From Tubulanus polymorphus (taxonomy: Eukaryota; Animalia; Nemertea): a DNA stretch of 64,000 bases. The position numbers and the translations under genes were made by a program. The stretch covers positions 10,690,850 to 10,754,849 of the forward strand of contig NC_134029.1 in assembly GCF_964204645.1 (NCBI RefSeq), read 5' to 3'. Below the pieces are notes generated by a model, which saw only the letters and a list, made by a program, of their open reading frames with translations, had not been told where the DNA came from and searched no databases. Below are positions 50,175 to 61,488 of this stretch, piece after piece; the first letter of the stretch is position 1, and each line of letters starts with the position of its first letter.

Positions 50175-51604
50175 TTAAATAAATTCATATTTAAATGGGT
50201 GTTGTAATCGAAATAGTAATTTTGATCTTTTATTATTTTTCTATTTATCCATATATTCATTGTGTATATCATGTGGAATAATATCATTTTCCTCAAGCAC
50301 ATTTTTCATTGATTTTCTATCTTTATTGTAGAATAAAACTAAAAATCTAATGTTTTCTCTAAAATCTTTAACAATTGAATTATATTTTTGATTTAAAACC
50401 CACGTTGTTACCCCAAAATGTCTTCCAGAGAAAGCTAAATAACATAATTCACTCTCTCTAATTTTTGAATCATGTAAATTTGCACAATCATCTATAATGA
50501 ATAATATATTTGATCCTTTATAGATACCATTGCTATTTTAATACAATTATCTAAATTTTCTTTAACTGTTTTAGGATTTAATACAATAAATTTATTATTT
50601 GCTAGTTATATTTCTATCATAAGTTTGATTAAATTCATACGTTGGACAAAATAATACTATATTATCAAAATTGTTTTTATAAATAGTTTCTAATAAATTT
50701 AATATAAAATATGTTTTTCCACAATTTGTTACACCAGAAATTAACATATTATGAGGCTCAAATATAAATACAGTCAAGCCCGCTTTATTCGGATCGGTTT
50801 TACTCGGATTTCGACGTATCTCGGATGATTTTTAAAAGTCCCTTCAGTTTCTTATTATTGTACCTTACAAAAATGTCACTTAATTCGGTTCGTATTATTC
50901 GGATTTTCGGCTATTTCGGATGAATTTTCAAGTCCCATTTGTCCATATCCTTTGAAATCTTACCACTTTATTCGGATGATAAATTTTGATATCGAACGGA
51001 GCACAGCGACAGTGCCGTGCGACGCGAAAGGATGCAATCCACGCTCAATTGTCATAGTGATGTGCTGCATTACGCGTCGCTGCGTTGCAATATACAGTAT
51101 ATGATCAGGCAACAGTCTATTAAAATAGGCTAACAGTATTGATTGTTGCGATAGTAGGCCGTAAGCCCAACCCGACAGTCACCGACGTTCATGGGGCTTT
51201 GGATGTTCCTAACAGATTTGCACTGGCCAAAGTCTACCGACGAGAAATTCGTTGATGGAGTATTGGTTTTCTCTCGGAAATGTGAGAACTTTCTTCAACG
51301 GGACGTCCGGAAACGCGCTAAGCAGACATTGATTTCTACCTTCTTTGTGAAAAAAGACTGAGACTGTTTATATTGCGATGGCGTATGGTTTATTCATGAT
51401 ACAATGTAATTATACATACAATAAAAATTGATATTTTGTTTCGATTTAAAGCGCAACACTCTGTTGTCATTTTCAATGGTAGAGGCATGGTAAATTGCTA
51501 CACAAAAGGCTATCTATTTAATTCGGATTTCACATAACTCGGACGAATTTTAGCGGTCCCGAGTGATCCGAATAAAGCGGGTTTGACTGTAATTCCTTAT
51601 TCAT
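50175..51604 (-). pseudogene. Packaging ATPase interrupted by a MITE in codon 5
   Basis: GVTNCGKT; removing the MITE and one TA restores MNKELFIFEPHNML. Confidence 0.88.
50771..51589. mobile_element. Tc1/mariner(pogo)-type MITE
   Basis: TA TSD; TIR CAGTCAA(G/A)CCCGCTTTATTCGGATC; subterminal TTCGGAT repeats. Confidence 0.93.
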
Positions 51605-52478
51605 TTATATATTTTTAATTTTACACGATAATATCCATTCATTGAATTTATCTGGCCATCCAACCTATTTTACTAAAGAATATTTTTTTCTATTAACAGT
51701 TTTTGTTTTTAATACTTTTTCAATTATATATTCTTGTTCTAGATTTTCAGGAGTTAAACTTAATTCTTCTTCATGAAAATATCCATCAACTACTTCACCA
51801 TCTAAATCTTCTAATTTATAGACATATAGTTTTGTTGTTATTACCTTTTTTATTTTTTATATTTCTCTAGTAAAATTTCGATCGTATCCTTTGTCAAATA
51901 TCTTTTTATACTTAGAAATTCTAACATTTTGACCATCTTAAAATTTAGGTTCACCAAAATCATCTACAAGAAATGCTCCATATAAATTATTCCAAACAAT
52001 TTCAGCATTTTCAGGTTTTCTAGCATCAATAGGTTTCATTCCAATAGAAGAATGATAAGAATTATTATAACCTCTTATCAATTTTGGTAAAACATCAATC
52101 CATTTAAAAGTATTATTTGCTGTAAAATATTTCCACATTCTTGTTCTTAATGTTCTATTAAATCGTTCAACAACTGCTTTTTTATCCGATTTTGTTGAAA
52201 AATATTTAATATTATGAAAATCTAAGAGTCCATGAACTAATGAATTATCAAATTCGTTTCCATCATCAAATTGTATTTTTTCTGGCCTTATTTTACCACC
52301 TGAAAGAAATTTTCTTAAAACATTTGATGTTTGTACAGCATCTTTTCTATAAAGTGGGAAGCTTCATACTTAATGACTAAAAATATCAATTATATTCAAT
52401 ATCCACCAATAATCATCATTATCTTTTTTAAGATTTTTCATATCAATTAAATCTCCTTGCCACTGTTGATGTACATTT
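51605..52478 (-). pseudogene. int: rve integrase + chromodomain; N-terminus lost by deletion and joined to the MCP gene
   Basis: QQWQGDLIDM, IIDIFS, FDDGNEF, VERFNRTLRTRMWKYF, VGWPDKFNEWI. Confidence 0.88.
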
Positions 52479-53329
52479 ATTGCACCATTAGAATATGTTG
52501 CAATGGTAAAAAATATTAATATACCTTTAATAGATCTTCTTGGGAAGTTAATATTCTCATTAATTATTTCATCATTTGCATTAATAGTTACGGTTTTAAA
52601 TTTTCCAATATAATCATATGATAATGAAAATCCTTGATTGTATTGAGTTTGAATTATGCTCGCAATATTTTCATCAGTTACTGTATCATATTCTAAACAT
52701 ATATTCGATAATTTATAACCCATATCTTTACCAACACTTGATAATACAATTTCATTAACAGGGGCAAATGTTATTTCGAATATAATATCTTCTAGTATAG
52801 CATATTTATATGAAGGCGCATTTTTATTTATCAATTCAAAGTCTAATGTAATTTTATATTTGCTTCCATAAATCTTTTTTATCAAATTATCTGCGGTACG
52901 AGTTACTATTGCGTCATTAGCTTCAGATCTTAATTTATTATGGTTTTCTGATTGGATGCCTTGAAATATCATATTATTTCTATTTTTCTTTTGTTAACCA
53001 TAAATCTTTGTAATGCATAAATAAATTATAATCATCTAATGAAAAAACTGTTTCTGGTCCAATCTTTATAGTTAATTTTTTAATCAAATATCTTCCAACA
53101 TTATCAACAACATGATTGTTATCATGACCGGTTACTTTTATATCAGCTGATAAATAAATACTATTTGGAACATAAAAAGTATTTTGATTTAATCTCGGTA
53201 TTCTAACATATAAAGTTCATCAGGATTAATATTAGAAGGGTTATGAGTAATTATATGATGAGATCTCTCTGCTTTAATAGCATTAGATATTCTAGAATTC
53301 TCAGAAGGATCTATATAACTCCCACTCAT
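52479..53329 (-). pseudogene. Major capsid protein, frameshifted and C-terminally truncated
   Basis: Closely similar to 30484-31731 up to YSNGAI. Confidence 0.8.
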
Positions 53330-53359
53330 TTATTTAACAAAAAAAATAATTATTTATTT

Positions 53360-54785
53360 TTTATCATATTCACTAACCCAAAAATAATAGCACTTACAAC
53401 TGTAATTAAAAGTTAAAAGCAGCAAAGTTAAGAATATTCCCAGCAGATTTTAAAACAAAACCAACAATTGGTGCAATAATTCCGGGTAAAGCTGCAGCAG
53501 ATTTTTTAGATAGTTCCCATAAATATTTTGCTAATTTTTTCAAACCATCTTTAACTTTATCCTGTATAGAATTATTATGACTTGGAGGTTTATCCGGTTT
53601 ATTAGGAATTGGTGTAGATTTTAATGAATTTGATATAGCTAAACCAATTGTTGTAAATAACATAGTTAAAGCTGTTAGAATTGAAAGAATTGTTATACCT
53701 TCTAACTAAAATAATAATTTTATTCTATCTTTTAATGATATTTCAGAATTTGGTTTTATCAACAAATCTTTAAAAATAACTTTTAATCTATTAATATCAT
53801 AATCATATGATTTTTTTAATAATTCAATTTCTTCTTTCTGAAATTCTTTGCTATATTCTAAATCATCTTTTACTTTTTCTAAATATGCATTTCTTTTTTT
53901 AAATTCAATTTCTTCAATAACTTTATTATCTCTATCTAACTTTAATTGTTCTATTTCTTTAGTTTTATCAGTTCTATCTTTTTCTAAAGTTCTAATTTTA
54001 AAATCTCATACTTTTATCATGCGCAATTTTATCAGATGCAAGTCTTATACTAATAATTTCTCTAATTGCTTTATCAGAAAATATATCTAATTCTTCTAAT
54101 TCTTGACCTATTGCATCTAGTAACCCATTTGGTAAAAGTTTTTTAAATTGGAACTTTATTTGATTTAAGTTTACTAGTTTTGGAAGTCATATTCTGTTCA
54201 GAAGTTGTTTCTGTTTCTAAATAATTATTGATTGTTTCAAATAAGTCATTAATTCTTTGTTTAAATACTCTTTTATTTTGAGTTATTTCTTCTTGTGTAA
54301 CATTTTCTATTTCATTACTATTACTTATTCTTTTAATTCTAGATGGTTCTAAATTACTCAAAGTTGATTCTGCTAATATTTCATTTTGATTTTTATAAGT
54401 GATATCGATATAATAATCATCTTTCATATGATAGTAATATTCACCATCTAAAGATTTTAATTCTTGTACAAAATATCTGGCACCCCTATCATTTATATTA
54501 TATCCAGATTATTCAAATATAGGTTTAAAATTATTTATATATTCATTATATTCTAAATTCTGTCTTATTAAATCTGGATTTTCATTTTCAATATTTATTC
54601 TCCGTTCAGCTCTTCTATTAAAATATCCTGTTGTTATTATATTATCATTAAAACCACTATCTGCTAAATTATTATTATATTCTGGCTCATTACCGTCATA
54701 AAAACTTGTTTCAGGTGGTTGTTCTTCAGTTATACCAGGTTCATCAAAAGGATCCATTGGACTATTTTCTCCCACCTACATCCAT
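53360..54785 (-). pseudogene. Homolog of the acidic/coiled-coil membrane-active protein
   Basis: Conserved termini (DPFDEPGI; KDGLKKLAKYLWELSKK) with an unrelated middle. Confidence 0.7.
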
Positions 54786-54801
54786 TTATATAATAAAAAC
54801 A

Positions 54802-56151
54802 TTAAAATTTAAAATATTATATTCCTCCTATTACAATTCCTATACAAGTTATAGCTAATTTAGTATTTTGCATGGGATTCATTATCATTATTAGTTTTAA
54901 TTATATCATGTTGGATAATATCAGTTTTTATATTTTCTGATGTATTGTAATCTTTTATTTTAGAATCATTATTTAATTTAATATTCTTAATTTTAGTTTC
55001 TGTTGATTGAATATGTTTTTTAATTTTTTCACCTTCCATTAATTTTGGAGCAGTAATAATCTTTTTATTTATATCATTTAATCCAAACTTATTATTTATT
55101 GTTGCAGTTTTAATCAAATTATTATAACCAATTATATTTCCCATAATAATTTAGTCTTACATGAGATTTATCTAAATAATTTTGGTACCTAACTATGTTT
55201 TCTGGAATCGATCTATTTTCATCATTATGAATGGAATCTTCAAATAAAACTTTAAATTGTTTTTGTGTATCAAATGATGTATTTAAATTTCCAATTATCG
55301 GGGATCTTGTTTCAACTTGAGCACCTAGAATACATATCAAATAAGTTCTAATTGATTGATTTATTCTTTATATACCCGATTTAGTAAAACCTTCACTATT
55401 TTTTAAAATTAAAATAAACCCAACCATTATTGTTTTCTTGTTTTAAATTATCATAGAATTTAGGTAAATTATTAAAATTTAATGTTTCTAAATCCTTTTG
55501 TTTCTATTTTACCATAACCTAATTTATTATTATAGATATTATAAAAAGTATTAGATGGTATGGGAAGTGTACAATATGCTGCAACATTTTCAGGGCAAGG
55601 AAGGAAGTGATCTTATTGTTCCAATTTTTGTTCTAAAATCAGAATGATTTATATCTATATTAAATTCATTACAAATTTTTATAAAACTTTGATAAAACAA
55701 TATTATTATCTAATTCTTTAAAATATCTAGATCCTGGCAAAGGAGTCTTTAATTCATTTAATATCAATCTTATTTGAAAATAAGTATAAAATCTAAATAA
55801 ACTTTGAATTAATTTATATTTAGAATTATTCAAATGATCATTCCAACTTATTCCACATCCTGTTGTAGAACAATAAACAGCAAAATTTAATTGGTTCTGC
55901 CAATACTTCATATTAGATTTTAATAACCATTGTTTTTCATCTTTCAATTTTTTAAAATTAATTAAATATACATGAAATATATTTTCCATCTTTGCATTAA
56001 AATTATTAGTTTCAGTAACATAAATATCTAAATTGATTAATGAATTTAAAACTTCATTTCTATATGAAATATCTTTATTAAAATCTATTGCTGGAATATT
56101 ATATTTAATTTGTTTATTATATTGAAAAGCTTTTGGAAAACTAATTGCCAT
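54802..56151 (-). pseudogene. Homolog of the 441-aa protein, fragmented
   Basis: WQNQLNFAVYCSTTGCG; ILGAQVETRSPIIG. Confidence 0.8.
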
Positions 56152-56167
56152 TTATATAATAGATAAA

Positions 56168-56604
56168 TTAATAATTTATTAATTCTTTTAATAATTTATC
56201 GTGCTCTTCAACTGTTATGTTACCATTTAAACTTATCATATAATCTATTGTATTGTTTAATTTATTAATTTCTTTTATATTGGATTTAATTTTTTCTTTA
56301 TTACGTTTTATATTTAATTTTGAACTTATTCCGGTTAATACACTTGAACTTAAACCTAAAGCTCCAATTGAGATAGCTAAAGGTGTTAATGGACTGAATA
56401 CTGCTAGAAATGTTATTACAGAACTGATTGTTACTGAACCACTGATAATAAAATAATATATAATCTTAGATTTTAAATATTTTATCTTTTTTATCTTTAA
56501 GTCACTTTCAAATTCTAATATTTGTTTTTCCAAATATATAATTTTAATTTAGTTTTATTTATATCATGAGGAATAACAATTATATTATCAACTTTATCAT
56601 CCAT
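56168..56604 (-). pseudogene. Two-TM 144-aa homolog with a 5' frameshift
   Basis: Homologous to 34804-35238. Confidence 0.75.
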
Positions 56605-56623
56605 TTATTTAGAAAAGAAATTA

Positions 56624-57007
56624 CTAATTAGTAAATTTATATGCAGCAAATAATACGATAACAGTTCCACCTAAAATCCAAATTATTTCATATTTCTGTT
56701 GTTCTTTACTTGGTGTATAATACTGCGTTACTGCGTTATATAAACTCATAGCTTCATCGACAGATTGAAAATCTCTATGTGTAATTTTCTGATTATATAA
56801 TTCTTTATTGATGTAATCCATATGATTTTGCCTCTTTTCTCTATATTCTTCTGCAGCTTTATTATATTTCTCTAACGCTGAAAAATGTCTTCTTTGTTCT
56901 CCTAACGAACTATTTTTATCAATATGTTTAAATAAATATCCACCATTAGTAAATGCCAAAGCGTTAACAATTGCCGATCCTATAATAGTTATAATTGCAG
57001 ATACCAT
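56624..57007 (-). CDS. 140-aa membrane protein homolog with a 13-codon deletion
   Basis: Homologous to 57-479. Confidence 0.7.
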   Translation of the reverse strand: MVSAIITIIGSAIVNALAFTNGGYLFKHIDKNSSLGEQRRHFSALEKYNKAAEEYREKRQNHMDYINKELYNQKITHRDFQSVDEAMSLYNAVTQYYTPSKEQQKYEIIWILGGTVIVLFAAYKFTN

Positions 57008-57030
57008 TTATTTAGCAAAAAATCACGCAT

Positions 57031-57252
57031 TTATATAGGAGGAATATATTTTTGTTTTTCTAAATGATCAATTGTTAAATTAGATAAAGTTACTGCTAAT
57101 GTTAATTTCAAAATATCATTTATATCAAATCTATCAACATTAACACTTCCCATTTTAAATACTTTTTTAAATACCATTGAATAACCAACAGTTCCAACTG
57201 ATAGTAATGCTCCATTATATAAACCAGTTATTATCCACTTATTATCACTCAT
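57031..57252 (-). CDS. 73-aa hydrophobic protein
   Basis: Near-identical to 504-725. Confidence 0.75.
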   Translation of the reverse strand: MSDNKWIITGLYNGALLSVGTVGYSMVFKKVFKMGSVNVDRFDINDILKLTLAVTLSNLTIDHLEKQKYIPPI

Positions 57253-57612
57253 TTATTTATCAAAAAAATTACTATCTTCAAAATATTTAGTTATCTTATT
57301 TATGATTATTTCAACATTTATTTCATTACTAGTTTCATTTGTATATATTTCAATTATTATTTTTTTTAATATCATCGATGACAAAATCTTCATCTAATTC
57401 ATAAAATCTTAAAGACTTTCTGATTAAATCGGTAATCTTTTCTACATTAAAAGTTTCTTTATCTATTGTTTTTTTCAAAATCAAATGTTTTTTCATAAGA
57501 AAATGCAATATTTTTAATATGTGTTATTATATCATTAATATCAAATTTCATTTATTTCTCACGTTTAAAAATCAAATCCAAAACATATACTCGGTACTAC
57601 TGTAATATTCAT
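57253..57612 (-). pseudogene. 118-aa ORF homolog, frameshifted
   Basis: DNA similar to 35927-36283. Confidence 0.7.
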
Positions 57613-57629
57613 TTATATAATGAAAAAAT

Positions 57630-59421
57630 TTCTCTCTACATCTTATAACTAATTCATAAATTACAGGAAAGTTATTCAAATCAATTAAATAACCATTATG
57701 ATTTCTTATTTCTAATTTGAAATTATTGAAATGTGGAATACAAGGTTTAAAATCACATTCAGCTAAATTATAATTTATTTGCGTTCAAAATTTTTTAACA
57801 TTTTTTGATGGCAGAAAATTTAATATACTAGAATTACAAATTGTATCTTTAGTTGCTTCAAATGTTTTTGTAGGATCAATTAAATTGCAATAAATACAAA
57901 AGTGTGTAAAAGTCATTAAATTTGTATAAGTTTCAATACTTGAATAATCTCTATCTGGAAGAATTCCAAACAGTTTAGCTAAAGGTTTTCTTACTAAATC
58001 TATGTTGTTCATTAGTTAACTTTATTCTTACTTTATTCGAAATATCACTTTTAATAAATTTAATTTCAAATCGAGCAGCTGCACCCATTTTTAAACGAGC
58101 CCTTTTATTAATTTCTTGCGCTAATGTTTCTTAATTATATAATCCTGGTTTTAGATAAAGATGAAACCATTTATCAATTTTTCTAACATGAATTTTAAAA
58201 GCTAAATGATCAAGACTTTTATTCGATATATTATGAAAAGAATTACATAAACTTACATTTACTAATTTAAAATCTACACCATTTTTAAATTCTCTATCTA
58301 ATTGTGTCACGACCGAATGCGTTTCGTGTAACTCGGTAGGGTAGTTTATATCCTTCACTCTGCCGATGTCTTTCATATTCTTTGACCCGTTACAATAATG
58401 GGTATTATATATTTGTTAAACGCATTTCGCCATAAGCCTGCGTGTGTACGCTCACGCAATGACGAGCGTGGTTGTGGTCGCGTCGTGGGGTAAGTTCGAC
58501 ATTTTTCTTACACTATATCCTTGATAGTTTGAGGGGTTTTCCTCTAGTATTTTTCTCGTATTTAACATTCTATAATAATGGAACAGTTAAATATTAGAAA
58601 TTCAGACGGAGTTGTAGTTGAATAGTTCTATTAATTCTATAATTGTTTAATTTTTAGTGCTAGAATCTAGATATAAGATTCAGAAAGTATTGGCATTTGA
58701 CTGTTAACTCATATATATATATAGATTAAAGACTTAATTTTGAGATTATTATTTAATCTGATAATGAATTGCGTTAAGTTTAGATTATTGCATTTTTGGT
58801 AATTTCTGGAATTTTTTCCAGCTTATATTTTATAGTGTTTAGTGTACGATGGTATACTAGTTTCCGGCTGCAAGTGCCGGTCCGGTATCGACCCGTAATG
58901 GTGGGTACTCAACCGATATCGTAATCGTCGGGTGCCAGTGCCGCGTGTTTTGTTCGTCAGCTGCCAGTGCCGAATATCTTGTTCGTCGTCGGCTGCCAGT
59001 GCCGAGTGTCTAATTCATCGTTCGTCGTTCCGTTCGTCGTTCGTCGGCTGCCAGTGCCGAGTGTCTAATTCATCGTTCGTCGTTCCGTTCGTCGTTCGTC
59101 GGTTGCCAGTGCCGAGTGTCTAATTCATCATCGTTCGTCGTTCGTGGGTTGCCAGTGCCGAGTGTCTAGTTCATCATCGTTCGTCGTTCGTCGGTAGCTA
59201 GTGCCGAGTATTCTTATTCTTCGTTGTACGAATTATGAATCCGATGTACATAGTGTAATAAATTTATATTCGTTTTTGAAATCCGGCTTCCGTATTTTTT
59301 TGGTATTGAGGCATCCGGTCACATTGTTCGTGACAAATTGTACAAGTAAATTATGAGATTTATAATTTGTAAGTCTTCTAGAATCAACAAATATTCTATA
59401 TTCTTTTAATTCACCCATCAT
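57630..59421 (-). pseudogene. Penton-like gene interrupted by a solo LTR
   Basis: ELKEYRIFVDSRRLTNYKSHNLLVQ|LDREFK split at 58305-59335. Confidence 0.8.
58305..59335. mobile_element. Solo LTR (1031 bp)
   Basis: TGTCACGA...TCGTGACA ends; 5-bp TSD AATTG; internal ~45-55-bp tandem repeat GCCAGTGCCGAGTGTC... at 58933-59215. Confidence 0.88.
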
Positions 59422-59440
59422 TTATAACGAAAAAAAATAC

Positions 59441-60123
59441 TGTGGAGACCACGAATTGGTATTGTATTATACCTATAGAATACCTATAGACCTACGTATT
59501 ATAATCCAAGTCTTTACAGCACTTCGATGACCGAATAATAACGTGTCGTAAGTTTTACCTTTAATTTATTATTATTCTGTGGTCTTCACATTCCGTTAAT
59601 ACGTATTTCCAGTAAGATTTACAGCTAATTTCAGTTGTTGAATATCATTAGTTATTGAATATTTTCGTCATTTTTGCCGGGTTAAGTAATATACTTTTGC
59701 CGGCTAATTCCGTCGTATTTGTATGCGTTCTGGATTAAATACGTTTCCAGCGGTGTGTACAAATCGTTCGTTCATACTAGACATTTTCAATTGAATGTCC
59801 ATATTCTGGCCAGTGATATGTCACTCGGTCGTTATTTAGTCATATTTATCAGCTTGCCTACCACTGATATCGGTTTCGGAGAACTTCCATTTCCGGTTAA
59901 GTTTTTTCGTAGGCCATTTCGGAGTATTTTAGCTCCAACTTATTACTGTATTTGGTATTTACAGAAACTGTGAAGTGAATTATTGCGAATATTGTCGTCT
60001 GGTCGTCTCCAGTCGTGGAGAACTGAATCGAACTCCGCAATAAAAGTGTATTGAAACTGAAATAAACATATTTGTAACAAGAAAGAACTTGTCACTCGCG
60101 TCATCGGGATATCAGCCGTTACA
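59441..60123 (+). mobile_element. Solo LTR (683 bp)
   Basis: TGT...ACA ends; 5-bp TSD AATAC; AATAAA at ~60039 and 60061. Confidence 0.82.
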
Positions 60124-60172
60124 AATACATCGCATCACTAAAAATTAATTTTAATAAAATTTCTCCTTAATA

Positions 60173-60567
60173 AATGGAACAGAAAATACCATGTGAAATT
60201 TGTGGAACTTCAAAGAAAAAGTAATATGGTTCGACATATGAAAAAACATGATAAGAATTATAAACCCCCTAAAATAAACTGCCCAAATTGTAAAAAATTA
60301 TTCTCAAGAAATTATGTTAAAAAACATTCAGAGAAGTGTAAAATTAAAAGTAATTCTGTTGAAACTGAACTTGAAAATATTTGGAAAAGACTTTTCTTAT
60401 TCTATGATAAGAATAATGTAAAAGATCATTTCTGTGAGCATTGTCGAATAAAATATAGCCCCGAAAATATAGAAGATTGGGAGAATCATCAATTTCGTAA
60501 AGCACAGATAGATAAAATTTCTAATAAATTTGAAACAGAATTCAATGGAAGAAAAATAAAATATTAG
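60173..60567 (+). pseudogene. C2H2 zinc-finger protein with an early frameshift
   Basis: TAAATG start MEQKIPCEICG...HMKKH; CPNC...H...C; CEHC...H. Confidence 0.65.
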
Positions 60568-60572
60568 AAAAA

Positions 60573-61488
60573 ATGAAATATGAGAAAACGTTACCAGATT
60601 TTTTGCTAATTCATTATATTGTTTTTCCAACTTTTGGTAATAAAGAAACACTTGAAAAGTTGGAAAAACAATATAATGAATTAGGAAGAAAAACATATTA
60701 TTGTAAATATTGTAAATTGATTATTACAACAAGTAATTCAAATCTACATAATAGAACAATAAAACATAAAGAAAAAGTAAGTAAATACCAAGAAGTTAAT
60801 GAAGATCTATTACCAAGATATGATAGAAAAAAATGCCCACAATGTATTTATGAGTACTTAAGACAAGAAAATGTTGTGATATTTTGTAATGAATGTGGAT
60901 GGCAAAGAAATTTATGGGGTGATGGAAAAAACTAGAGATTTTCTTATAGAACCAAAATTAAAATATCTAGATGAAATTTTAAAGATATTTTCTATGGAAT
61001 ATCATACACCAGCATATAAGCAATGGATTGAAAAAATGAAAATAATAGAAAATAAAAATGGTGAAATAACTAAGAAAGATATAATAAAAACAATTATCCC
61101 ATCAAAATTTAACACAAAAGAAAAGAAAATGTATTTATATTTATTATTAAACGATTATTATAAACAACCTAAATTAACAAAAGAAGATCTGGAAAATATA
61201 AAAGAAGCATTCACAAACATATTAAAATATTATGTAGATAATAAAATAACAGATTCAATTAATTATGAATTCTGTTTAAATAAGATTGTAAATTTTTTAA
61301 ACATCGATATTATAATTCCATTTGATGAATTAACGAACAAAAAGAAACAAAGAGAGCTAGATGAAATGTGGAATAATATAGAACTTTATTTAAATGATAA
61401 AAATGAAATGGAAGAACCTAAACAATTAAATAAAAATGAAGAAACCAGTAGTGATTTCGAGTATGATGATCTTGATTTTATGTTTTAA
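60573..61488 (+). pseudogene. Zn-finger/Zn-ribbon + VLTF3-like (poxvirus late transcription factor 3-like) protein; probable frameshift near 60900-60930
   Basis: CPQC-x13-CNECG ribbon; C-terminal SINYEFCLNKIVNFL...KKKQRELDEMWNNI resembles the VLTF3 C-terminal pattern. Confidence 0.55.

Noticed and set aside
52370-52972. Capsid-integrase fusion as a functional novel protein
   Set aside because: Both halves are truncated and frameshifted; best explained as a deletion junction.
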